Shown here in pieces: positions 1-12,289 of a DNA stretch of 64,000 nt (the first letter of the stretch is position 1; each line of letters opens with the position of its first letter). The notes beneath the pieces were generated by a model. The model saw only the letters and a list, made by a program, of their open reading frames with translations. It made no database searches and was not told where the DNA came from. A program made the position numbers and the translations under genes. The stretch comes from Octopus vulgaris (taxonomy: Eukaryota), in assembly GCA_951406725.2 (NCBI GenBank), contig OX597814.1:19716001-19780000 (forward strand). Direction: 5' to 3'.

Positions 1-293
1 GCTAATTATACAGGGTGGATGGTTGGAAGAGGTATGGATGTATTTGGTAGTTTCTTCTGGTTTCCTATACGGGTAGTGAAGGTGCTTATTCAAATCTAAC
101 GTAACATCTAAGAAGTTTACTATTTTAGTGTTGGTCATGAATTCTAGTTTAAGATTGAAGGATTTGAAAAAAAGCCTGATCTTTTTCCTAATTCTTTCTA
201 GTTTACTCCTATTGTTGGTGGGGTATATGAAGAGAGCGTCGTCTCTGTATAGACCCCCCTGAAGATCTGGTACCTCGGAGAAGGTATATATAC
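1..293 (-). mobile_element. Penelope-like (Naiad-type) reverse transcriptase fragment, running off the window edge
   Basis: Manual minus-strand translation is open: GGLYRDDALFIY...IVNFLDVTLDLNKHLHYPYRKPEETTKYIHTSSNHPPCII. It aligns by eye with the 26331-27719 protein ([24 protein letters not shown]). The 5' end abuts a (TA)n tract. Not in the ORF track. Confidence 0.85.
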
Positions 294-348
294 ATATGTA
301 GGCATATATCCTCACTCTTTGCATATATAGATAGATAGATATGTATAC

Positions 349-391
<43 letters not shown>

Positions 392-394
<3 letters not shown>

Positions 395-2031
395 CCACTC
401 CTTGAAAAGGATGGCACACTCACAGGAAATCCAATGAGGGTAAGTGAAATACACTAAATGAGCAATTCAAGAGTATTTTCACGCCACCCCTAGGGCATTT
501 TCGAGGCAGCAATCCAACTGACTTCTTTACCACTGCAGATATAAAATCGGAGGCACCAATGATTGATTACATCAATATAAAGGAAGACGATGTAATAAAG
601 GCTATCGATGAAATGAAAACAAACTCAGCTACTAGCCCAGATGGATTCCCAGCAATCCTTCTAAAAGTATGTAAGAGAGTCCTAGCAAGACCACTGCAGT
701 TCCTCTTTTAGAGCTTCCTTGCAACTGGCAAACTTCCAAGAAAATTGAAGGAAGGTAAAATATGCCCTATTCATAAAGGAGGTAGCAGAGTGGAGGTCAA
801 GAACTACAGACCTATCTCTCTCACCTCACACATCAGCAAGGTCATGGAACGAATAGTCAGAAGGAAACTAATCACATTCCTTGAAGAAAATGACTTGCTG
901 CCTGACACTCAACATGGTTTCCGACCAGGAAGAAGCTGCTTAACTCAGCTCCTACAACACTATGACTGGGTGCTGAAACGACTGCTCAACCACTCAAATG
1001 TGGAAGTGATATATCTCGACTTTGCAAAGGCCTTTGATAAAGTCGATCATGGAATGCTATGTCACAAACTGCGTGATCTTGGCATAGTTGGAAAGTTTGG
1101 AAAGTGGCTTCATGACTTTCTGAAGGATAGAAATCACATGGTAGTAGCCAATGGGGCCACTTCCACTAACACGCAAATAGTGAGCGGTGTTCCGCAGGGC
1201 ACTGTTTTGGGACCCCTACTTTTCATAATGGCCCTCTCAGACATGCCCTCAGCCACGCAGAGAGCCACGATCACAAGTTATGCAGATGATACAAAAGTTT
1301 CACAGGCAATACAGAACCCTGAGGACACTAAGCACCTGCAATGTGAGCTGGACAAAATATACAAGTGGGCTGAAAAGAATAGCATGCAGTTCAATGTTGA
1401 AAAGTTTCAAGCTCTATGCTATCAGCACGCAAAACTAAATGCAATACCCAATGAATACACTGGACCTGGAAGGACTGCAATTCCAGAGGCACAATCAGTG
1501 CGAGACCTGGGTATTTACATGAGTGATGATGTAACCTTTCATGTGCATGTTGCTAAATTGGCAATGAAATGTAGGCGGCTGACCAGATGGATTCTTAGAA
1601 CCTTCAGAACAAGAGACCAGGAAACCATGATGGTCCTCTTGAGGACACTTGTCCTAAGCCATTTTGACTATTGCTCTCAGCCATGGTCACCATCTAGTGT
1701 CAAGTTAATCACAGAACTTGAGGCGATCCAACGAAGCTACACGAAGAAGATAGCCTCTGTGCAGCATATAAGCTATTGGGAAAGACTGAAGAGATTGAGA
1801 CTCTATTCCTTAGAGCGTAGGCGAGAAAGATATGCCATAATATACATATGGAAGATCCTAGAAGGACTTGTCCCAAACTTTGGCATCAAGAGTTACACAA
1901 ATGCCAGAACTGGGCGCCACTGCATAGTGCCAAGGACTCCAAATTTGCCATCAAGATGTAGGACAAGATACTGTGATAGCCTGGGCTTCCGAGGCCCACA
2001 GCTCTTCAATATCCACAGCTCTTCAATTTAA
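392..2031 (+). mobile_element. CR1-group LINE ORF2 (RT) fragment, truncated at both ends, disabled
   Basis: ORF 745-2031 has NYRPISLTS, QHGFRPGRSC, YLDFAKAFDKVDH, SGVPQGTVLGP, YADD and VRDLGI. Upstream homology (LNEQFKSIFT, SPDGFP) is broken by a frameshift near 452 and a TAG at 708. It starts at a (TA)n tract. Confidence 0.93.
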
Positions 2032-2394
2032 AAAATTAAAATTAATATTTAACATCATAATCGATTTTGATATAATCATAATCGTTAAGTTTTAAGTTTC
2101 TAGTTTGATAATAGTGTTTATTATAAGTAAAATTATTATATTATTTATATCTTAAAAATATTGTTTAAATATTTCTGATTATTTTTAAAATATTTCAATT
2201 AACCTGAAGATTGACTGTAACCATAATTCGAATTATTAATTGAATTTAAATTATTGTTATTCGAATTGGTACAGCCATGAAACGATCGTAGTGTTTTACT
2301 CTTTATCTTTTATTAAACTTTTAATACTTTTGATATTTATATAAAAAAATTAATAAATAAATTAATTAATAAATAAAATAATATATAAATATAA

Positions 2395-2469
<75 letters not shown>

Positions 2470-2712
2470 ATATTTTTGTATATATATATTTAAAATTTAT
2501 AAGTTTAAATTAAGTAAATAATTTTTAAATTTTTAACTTCTATATTTTTAAATTAATTTATGTATTGGCTTATGTTTTTCACTGTTTGATTTGCCTAATA
2601 GAGGTTTTATCTCTAATTTAATATAATATAATATAATATATTTATACTATAAAATTGGATTTAATCCTAAATCTAATTTTTCCCTGTAAGTTTGGATTTA
2701 TTCCCTAATATT
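2032..2712 (+). mobile_element. Penelope pLTR-like remnant with HHR, interrupted by (TA)n
   Basis: AT-rich and contains the HHR at 2201-2292. Its terminal motif (aaaattggatttaatcctaaatctaatttttccctgtaagtttggatttattccctaata) recurs inverted at about 62626-62690. Confidence 0.6.
2201..2292 (+). ncRNA. Type I hammerhead ribozyme motif with long stem II
   Basis: CTGAAGA (2204-2210); stem II TGACTGTAACCA/AATTCGAAT...ATTCGAATT/GGTACAGCCA; GAAA; palindromic stem III CGATCG; GUA triplet. Stem I is weak (2 bp). Confidence 0.65.
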
Positions 2713-2717
2713 ATTAT

Positions 2718-2754
<37 letters not shown>

Positions 2755-2862
2755 CATACATACATACATACATACATACATACATACATACATACATACA
2801 TACATTCAAGGGTCAACGAAACTCTCGATGCCTGAGTCACTCCGTTCCTTCTGCTGAATACT

Positions 2863-2938
<76 letters not shown>

Positions 2939-3355
2939 ACACCAGACGTGTGAAAATATGCTGCTTGATTTTATTTTCAAGTGTCTCTCCGCTATAACTA
3001 TAATTCATTGGCAAAATCGTTAGAATATCATAGAAAATGGTTTACTGTATTTGTTCAGCTCTTCGTGCTCTGAGTTCAAATCCAGTCAAAGTCAGCTTTG
3101 GCCTTTCATCTTTTAGTGGCCAATGAAATACAAACCTGCCGACTTACACTTTCACTCCAAGTTTCAGTCGTCCCTCTACATATGTTAGACAAAGTATTAG
3201 TGCCCCACACACGAGTTATTATTGCTATACACACCAGTTATTACACCTTACTTAGTTCTCTGTTAATTGCTTTGCGCAAAAGAAATATATTTGAAAATAC
3301 CTAGGAGTGTATGTGTGAGTGAATGTATGTACGTACTAGTGTGTGTGTTGGTGTG

Positions 3356-3423
<68 letters not shown>

Positions 3424-3440
3424 CAGATAGACAGACAGAC

Positions 3441-3505
<65 letters not shown>

Positions 3506-5009
3506 TACCGCACTCTCTTTACTTCCTCTTCGAATAATGAACCAGTTTTCTTCTCAAATAACATTATTTTTTATATTCACAATCATCCATTTTTCATTTC
3601 GCTATTCCAAACGAAGGACTTGATGTTATATTATATTCTGTTCAGGCGAAAAGCTAAATAATATTAGTATTTTTACTGTTTAAGGAAATGACTTGAATAC
3701 TTGTTATATATTTTTTGAGTCACTTTTGCCAGTTTGTGTTTTGATACAACGCACGTAATGACCCACGCTATTAAGAGTCGAAAGATTTAAATATGTTTGC
3801 ATATTTCTCGTATTTTATTTCCTCATTGTATTCTTGTTTCTTGACTACACTGAGGCTATTCCGCTTCTTTGTCTTAATACTCGCCTGTTTTTGCCGCACC
3901 TTTCCCTCCTAGTATTTCCATTGAAGATATGAACACAATTGAAGTTAAAGATGTTATTCTAACATGCCGAAATTGACATGATCTCAAGATCGAGCGCTGA
4001 TGAAGAGAGCTTTCTGTTCATTCCTTTATGAATTTTCGTTGTTCGCTGTGTTTATTTTTTCCAGTTTGGTCACTAACACATTCAGTATTTTGCTCATTTA
4101 TATATGTAAGTATACACAGTATATAGTAAAAAAACTTTTATACGTAATTTATATATGTGTGTGTGCGTGTGTGTAACACACAGTAACATTTGTTTTCAGG
4201 TAACTAACGTGCTAAATATATTCAAATCAACAATATATTGTGCTATATATAGCACAATGTAAGCGATGGTACACAGCAAAACAAGTCAAGGCATAGACAT
4301 AAAAAATGATATAGTTATTTGTCCTCAAGGCATATACCACCTGCGTGTTTCCTTTAACAATTTTCATCAGCCCAGCAAGGTGACTGTATTAAATAATATC
4401 TTCCTTATATAGAAATGTTGATGTTCGAACAAAATGTCATTAATACAAACTTGAACCGACGAGAAAACAAGACTGCCCGAAAGTCGTGCTTTCAAATATC
4501 TGCATATATATATAAAACTTCACAAAATCGACTTAACACAATGGAATTGAAAATTTAAAGCTAGGATAGAAGCTGTTATGAATAATAAATATTTCTGAAA
4601 CAATATCGTGCTGTATTTCCGTGCAAATGCTTTCAAAAGTGTTAAAATAAATATAATCTTTAACAATAGATGTCAAAATTAAAATCAACATATATACATT
4701 GAAATGAATATACATTTATCTATCCAGATGTACATACGTTTCACTAAAATGCCCGTCGGTGACGCAGGAAAATCAAACAAAAAATTTACGCATATCTATT
4801 GGCTTTCTCAAAATAGACTATTGCAAAATGGAACTGAAGTAAAGTGAAACTTTGCTCAAAGATCAGTTTCGTGTAATATATATTGTCCCTTTCTAAATGC
4901 CTCCAATATTTATTCTGGTTTCTAACCTTTCATCTTCCTTTAGTGTCCCGTCTTGCATTTATTTTTTGTTATAAATACAATACTTAATTCCTTTTCACTT
5001 GTTCAATGC

Positions 5010-5040
5010 TTCTGATGAAGGACTAAATCCGAAACGTTAA
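5010..5040 (+). ncRNA. Minimal hammerhead ribozyme motif
   Basis: CTGATGA-A-GGA-CTAAA-TCC-GAAA-CG-T-T. Minimal palindromic stem III (ACGT) and weak stem I. Confidence 0.55.
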
Positions 5041-5090
5041 TAGACTTTCTTTCCCACGTGTAGCTATGTGTTTAATATATTCGCATGTTC

Positions 5091-5137
<47 letters not shown>

Positions 5138-5343
5138 AATGTCTGTCAGTATGCATGTAAGAATGTGTGTGTGCGTGCGTGCGTGCGTGTGAGTGTATGC
5201 GCGCGCGCATAATAATATATGAAATATCGGAAATGTGAAACTTTCCCCAGTGAAGTTTCCAAGTTACAATAAATAAGATAAAGTTATACATTACATACTG
5301 ATTACAATTGTTTATACGAAACGCATGTGCGTATGCGCATACA

Positions 5344-5394
<51 letters not shown>

Positions 5395-5428
5395 TTTTAT
5401 ACACGCATGTATGCATATGTATGTGTGG

Positions 5429-5466
<38 letters not shown>

Positions 5467-5555
5467 ATCCGTGCGTAAGTGCACATGTGCAAATATATAT
5501 TTAGGTATATTTGGTGAATGTATGTATGGATATATCTTCCCGTGCGTGAATGTAT

Positions 5556-5586
<31 letters not shown>

Positions 5587-6442
5587 CACACACAATCTCA
5601 GTCACACGCACAGGCATGTTAACGTGAACATAATTACTTAAATGCACACAAGCAAACGATGTGTGATTGAAAGTGAGTGAGTGAGTGAATGAGTGAGTGA
5701 GTGAATGAGTGAGTGAGTGAGAGAGTGAGTGAGAGAGAGAGACAGAGAGAGGGGGAGAAATAACGAGCGAATAAGAAATCCTGTGTTGCAGTGTCATGGT
5801 GTGTTGCTATTAGTATACCATGAACTGGGGGAGAAAAAAGAGAAAAACAACCAACAGAGGGAGCAGCAAGAACAACTGCATCAAAAACAAAGATAACACC
5901 ATCGCTACAGCATACAAGCCATATTGATCGAAGTTAAGGGATCGCATCACCTGAATCTATAAGTCTGGTGGGAGAGAGCTGATGGCAGGGAAAGGAGAAG
6001 AGGGGAGACGAAATGGAACGACGAGAAAATAGGAGAGAAAATAGAAGATAGGAGAGTAAGGGTTATAAAGCAAAGCAAAACAAAAAAAAAAAGTAGATAT
6101 TTACTTCGCCATCAACAGTAACTATCATCATCATCATGATCGCCATCAGAAGCAGCAGTGTAAAACACTACGAGCTTTATGCTTGTCTCTATCTCTATAT
6201 AGCGTCGCCGAGAATTCTTTTCGAGCTATTTGAACGTGATACCCTGAAGACAAACGTGATTTTCACGGACATAGCTGTAACCGTTTGGTGGCGAGGAAAG
6301 CTTTTTCTCTTTGATGAAACCAACAACGTTAAGACAGCGACACATTCACCTATACACGCACACAGCATCACATTCATGCACACACACACACATATACATA
6401 CATGCATGCACACGTACATACATACACACACACACATATATA

Positions 6443-6505
<63 letters not shown>

Positions 6506-6658
6506 GCAAATTTACATATATATACATATATATATATATACATATGTGCATACATTTCCACACTTACACCACACACACACACACATATATGTCTATGTGT
6601 GTGTGTGTATTCTTTTATGAAAGTACTTGTTCAGTCAATAACACACACTAAACATACA

Positions 6659-6697
<39 letters not shown>

Positions 6698-6744
6698 GCA
6701 TACTTATGTATATATGTATATATATATATATATATATATACATT

Positions 6745-6799
<55 letters not shown>

Positions 6800-6924
6800 G
6801 TATATGCGTACACATACATGCTAGTGAATATTTGTAAGTATGTACATATATAGACGTGGTTATATGTGTGTATATGCGCGTATTCATATGCGTGAATGTG
6901 CTGCGTATGTGTTGCGCTCGCACG

Positions 6925-7000
<76 letters not shown>

Positions 7001-7229
7001 TACGTACACAAATTTGCGATTTCGGTGAAATGAGACCTTTCCTGTTCTTCAAAAGCTGGAACTCTTGCTTCCAGGCATTTTCGTAAAATTCTTTTACCCA
7101 ATATCTCTATAGCTAGAAGTCAACGCGGGTGACTGCATGATTCGGCAGAATAAGTTATACATCTTTACACTCACGAATACACAGACACAGACACAGACAC
7201 ATACACAAACACACACACACACACACATA

Positions 7230-7389
<160 letters not shown>

Positions 7390-7471
7390 CATATATACAG
7401 CTACACACGCACCACATCCCACACACACATACACATACATATATATATGTATATATATATATATATATATC

Positions 7472-7515
<44 letters not shown>

Positions 7516-8688
7516 ATACTATAATACCATACTATATACATAGGTGTGAATGTGCATTATAATTATGTGTGTGTGTGTTTGTGAATGAGTGTAATGTGTC
7601 GGGTTGAGGGTATTATTTTCTCAGGAGATATGAAAATAGTTTTGCAGCCGGGTCTTTAATGTTGCAACTGCAACTTGGGTACAAACATGCATAACGTAAT
7701 AATTAGCCATGCATATATGTTCTTAAAATGTTTTACATGGTTAGACAACGTTGTTCAAAGGAATATACACCCAACGACATTGATTTGTATTCGTCTTCCT
7801 ACTCCGCTGGGTTTTTAAAAGGTTATGATTTTCTCACAGAAGTTAAAGGCCGAGTCCCGGGCTTGGTTGAATACCAGCTATGTGAAAATGGATTTCTCTC
7901 GGTCGAGACGATGGCTATTCTGTTGCTCGATCAAATAAAGTACTTGTATAAGCATCTGAACATTCAATAGACCTTTTTTTTTATAGTTATGCGACTCATA
8001 AGGCCTGCTACCCGGTTTACTTGGCGTATAAGAGATCGAGATTACAGCATAGTCTTCTGAACGGGATGCTGGTCCGTTTCAGAGTTCAAGGCCAATAGTT
8101 CTGAGGTGAGAGCCAAGTCGTCCAAAGTACCTGGACGGGTACTTTATTTTATCAACCCCAAAGGGATGAAAGGCAAAGTTGACCACAGTGGTATTTGATC
8201 TCAGAACTGGAAGAGATGCCGCTTAGCCGCTTGTCCCACATGCTAACGATTCTGCTGGTTCCCTGTCTTTTATGTACTCTCAACGTGATTATCAGAATCA
8301 GTTTGACAGCAAACTTTCATACGTCGGGTGTCTGTCAACCCAATTTCTTTTACGTGGCTTGGATCGACTGGATATTATGGTAAATGAAATCTATCGAAGA
8401 ACGCAATCAGTAGGATCTAATCCAGGTTCTCGTAGCTGTGAAATGAAATTGCTAACCAATCAGCCATACTGCGGACACTTAAGAGCTTGGTGGTGGTATT
8501 GAATCGAATAGCGGTGTATATCTACCACTTTAGATTGAAAATATTCCGTCTCACCTTTATTCTTGATGACCGAGAAATGCATGAGGACTTCGATGTTATA
8601 GAATTTTGCAATTTATTTTGAAGATTTTTACAAGTAATTCTTGATATAAATATTATGATAACTGTTTCTAATCTAGGCATGAGACTAA

Positions 8689-9420
8689 GGCGACGAGCTG
8701 GCAGAAACGTTAGCACGCCGGGCGAAATGCTTAGCGGCATTTCGTCTGCCACTACGTTCTGAGTTCAAATTCCGCCGAGGTCGACTTTGCCTTTCATCCT
8801 TTCGGGGTCGATTAAATAAGTACCAGTTATGCACTGGGGTTGATGTAATCGACTTAATCCGTTTGTCTGTTCTTGTTTGTCCTCTCTGTGTTTAGCCCCT
8901 TGTGGGTAGTAAAGAAATAGGTATTTCGTCTGCCACTACGTTCTGAGTTCAAATTCCGCCGAGGTCGACTTTGCCTTTCATCCTTTCGGGGTCGATTAAA
9001 TAAGTACCAGTTACGCACTGGGGTCGATATACGCACTGGGGTCGACTTAATCTGTTTGTTTGTCCTTGTTTGTCTCCTCTGTGTGTAGCCCCTTATGGGC
9101 AATAAAGAAATAAGGAACGTTAGTACGCTAGGCGAAATGCTTTGCGTCATTTCTTTCGGCTCTTTATGTTCTGAGTTCAAATTCCGCCGAGATCGGCTTT
9201 GCCTTTCATCCTTTCGGGGTCGATAAATTAAATTCCAGTTTCGTACTGGGGTCGATCTAATCGACTGGCCCCTTCCCCCAAAATTTCGGGCCTTGTGCCT
9301 TGAGTATGCCGGACAAAATGCTTTGTGTCATTTCTTTCGGCCCTTTACGTTCTGAGTTCAATAGCTGGTGGGGTCGACTTTGCCTTTTATTCTATTACAC
9401 TCAATAAAATATGTAATTGA
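8689..9420 (+). mobile_element. SINE family A (tRNA-like head, MetaSINE-like core), tandem multimer
   Basis: Head ggcg(a/g)cgagctggcagaaacgttagc, B-box-like gagttcaaattcc, core gcctttcatcctttcggggtcgataaataagtaccag, repeated about four times. Other copies lie at about 3020-3130, 8110-8255(-), 9960-10110(-), 17903-18115, 33675-33770, 37330-37590(-) and 37610-38030. Confidence 0.85.
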
Positions 9421-9429
9421 CATATGGGT

Positions 9430-9875
9430 ACTTGCTCCTGCGAATTGTTTAACTCTGTTGGACGGCTGGTCTATCTTCTAAATTGGATTCACTCTCTCAT
9501 CGTCATCGTGTGGCTTCCTTGTATCATTTCTATGAGTATTTTCATGGACATTGTTCAGCTGAGCTCTCTTCTCTGGTTCCTCCTTTAAGAACTTATCAGC
9601 GATCAACTAGACTTGCTTCCAGTTCTCATCAGTATACTGTGCAACCTCCTAAGTGTCGTAAAGCACTTTACGGTTCCAGTTTCTTCCCTCGCAACTCTGA
9701 ACTTTGGAATTCCTTTCCACAGTCTAGTTTTCTTCTTCAATAAGACCTCCAGTCTTTTAAGTCAAATGCACATCGTCACCTATTGACTTCTGTCTAGTGT
9801 CCATTTTATTCTAGTGGCTCTTACGTTTTCAGTGGTCTAAGGACCTTGTAACGAGCGAATGCTTAAAAAAAAAAA
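9430..9875 (+). mobile_element. 3' end of a LINE (CR1/L2/Jockey group), 5'-truncated
   Basis: The C-terminal LINE-like peptide LDSLSHRHRVASLYHFY...SFFPRNSELWNSFP is followed by a short 3' UTR and an A-tail at 9865-9875. Confidence 0.75.
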
Positions 9876-10145
9876 TCAAAATTGCTAAGCGAAAGAATTC
9901 AGTCACGAGGCCAGTAGATTTCAGGAAGAGGAGGAGGAGGAGGAGCTAAGTTTATAACATCGACCCCAGTATTCGGCTGCTACTTTATGTTATCGACTCC
10001 AAAAGGATGAAAGGTTAAGGTGATCTCGGTGGGAATTGAACTTAGAACGTATAGAGCAAGAATATTGCAAAGAATTTTACGAGAGCTCTAAGGATTTGAT
10101 TAATCTACCACTCAGTCAATAATAATGTATTATCGGAAATGATGT

Positions 10146-10800
10146 CGAGGGACAATGGCTTAGTGGCTAGGGTGTTGCACTCACGATCAGGTGATCGTGG
10201 TTTCCATTCCTGGACCAGGTGGGGTGTTGTGTTCTTGAGCAAGACACTGCATCTCAGTTTGCTTTGCGATCATTTCAGTGCACCTGTTCAGGCAACGTCA
10301 ATTTTATAGAGGGGTTGAGCTAATGTGGAAGCACTCCGTCGGTTACGACGACGAGGGTTCCGGTTGATCCGAATCAACGGAACAGCCTGCTCGTGAAATT
10401 AACGTGTAAGTGGCTGAGCACTCCACAGACACGTGTACCCTTAACGTAGTTCTCGAGGATATTCAGCGTGACACAGAGAGTGACAAGGCCGGCCCTTTGA
10501 AATACAGGTACAACAGAAACAGGAAGTAAGAGTAAGAGAAAGTTGTGGTGAAAGAGTACAGCAGGGATCACCACCATCCCCTGCCGGAGACTCGTGGAGC
10601 TTTTAGGTGCTTTCGCTCAATAAGCACTCACAACGCCCGGTCTGGGAATCGAAACCGCGATCATATGACCGCGAGTCCGCTTCCCTAACCACTGGGCCAT
10701 TGCGCCTCCACTGAGCTAATGTACAGCATATATATATATATCTGATCATTATAACTGAATCATTTGTGCAGGTTGTTCCTCCAGAAATTGCAGAACCTTC
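10146..10800 (+). mobile_element. Older tRNA-derived SINE interrupted by a nested SINE
   Basis: tRNA-like head (tggcttagtggctagggtg...gtttccattcc). The sequence resumes after the 10327-10711 insertion. Confidence 0.6.
10327..10711 (-). mobile_element. SINE family C, full-length, with 11-bp TSD
   Basis: TSD tgagctaatgt at 10316-10326 and 10712-10722, with a tRNA-like head. Homologues lie at 34545-34885(+) and 53185-53475(+); related heads at about 12330 and 55330-55430(-). Confidence 0.88.
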
Positions 10801-11001
10801 TTTAACTGACTACGAGAAACTATTATAATCGAAATCTAGGCTATCGGCACGCAATAAGAAATTCAATGATAGCTCTTTTTGAACGTGACCGCTGGATTTT
10901 CCAGAAATAGCTGCTAAATCTGCTTCGAATTACCCGCTTCTTCCTTAGATACTGTTGCTGAGTTCACGGTTTCTCGGATAAAGGAAAGATAATCACAATT
11001 A

Positions 11002-12289
11002 TCAGGTCATCCCATAAGTTCTGTCCGATTTTACCTTTTTTTAAAATTGAATGAAATTTAATGGTATTTCAGAATGTCTAATCGAATTGAAAATTATTTT
11101 TATGCATTGTGTACATTTAAACTTATTAAATGTTATTTTACAGAATAATAGAATTAAAATTTCTTTGATTAAAACCCTTTCTAACATGGAAGTATCCAAA
11201 GAGCATTTGAGGCACATAATGCTTTATGAGTACAAAAAAGGAAACTCTGCAACCGAAGCGACTCGTAGCATACACTCAGTTAATGGGAAAGAATGCTTGA
11301 ATGAAAGAACTTGCAGAAGATGGTTTGCAAAATTCAAAAGTGGAGATTTCAGCCTTGAAGATGAAGATCGAACAGGACGTCCAGTTGAGTTTGATGGTAA
11401 GCTTCTTAAGGCACTACTTGAAGAAAATCCTGCATTATCAGTTGAAGAATTGGCAAAAAAGCTTAGTTCAAGCCATACAACTGTTCATCGTCATCTTCAA
11501 CAACTTGGAAAGGTTCCTAAACTTGGAAAATGGGTGCCTCCGGAATTGTCCGAAAGCGACCGCAAATCCCGAGTTGACATCTGCTCTTCTCTCCATTCTC
11601 GCGAACCCATTTCACTCTTTTTCAATAGACTTGTGACTGGTGACAATAAATGGATCTTCTATCGAAATGCTAAACGTCGTAAACACTGGCTTGGTAAAAG
11701 GGAAAAAGCTCAACCACAACCGAGAAGGGAACTCCATGGGGAAAAGGTTCTTCTCTCTATCTGGTGGGATTGCAAAGGAGTAATTCACTTTGAATTGTTA
11801 CCACCTAATGCAACAATCAATACTCAAGTCTATTGTCAGCAATTAGAGCGTTTGAACCAAGCTTTGAAGAAAAAAAGATCCGCTTTAGAGAATCGAAAAG
11901 GAGTGATGTTTCATCAGGACAAAGCGCGACCCCACACTGCAAAAATCACATCACAGAAGATCGAAGAGCTTAGTCTGGAAAAAATTCCTCATCCACCTTA
12001 TTCTCCTGACCTTGATCCTTCAGACTACTATTTGTTTCGTAGTTTACATAATCATTTGGGGGACATAAATTTTGCAAGCCAGGTGGAGGTCGAAACTGAC
12101 ATTTCAGAGTACTTCGCTCTGAAACCAAAATAGTTTTACATTGATGGGATTAAAGAAGCTTATAAACAGATGGAAGGAAGTCATAGATAATCAGGGAAAG
12201 AGCATTGATGATTAAATTTCAATTAAATATATCTGTGATCACTTGTTTTCTTTATTCAAAATTCGGACAGAACTTATGGGATGACCTGA
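11002..12289 (+). mobile_element. Full-length mariner transposon (1288 bp)
   Basis: Perfect 27-bp TIRs TCAGGTCATCCCATAAGTTCTGTCCGA, TA TSD on both sides, internal transposase. Confidence 0.97.
11186..12214 (+). pseudogene. Mariner D,D34D transposase, C-terminally disrupted
   Basis: MEVSKEHLRH..., WVPPEL, VTGDNKW, HQDKARPH, HPPYSPDLDPSDY. Premature TAG at 12131-12133, then FYIDGIK / frameshift / KLINRWKEVIDNQGK. Confidence 0.92.

Noticed and set aside
10650-10711. tRNA gene candidates at SINE heads
   Set aside because: A/B-box-like motifs continue into SINE bodies, and no complete cloverleaf was seen.
11051-11185. N-terminal extension of the mariner ORF (possible SETMAR-like fusion)
   Set aside because: It lies inside the element's 5' UTR between the TIR and the ATG at 11186; no SET domain.
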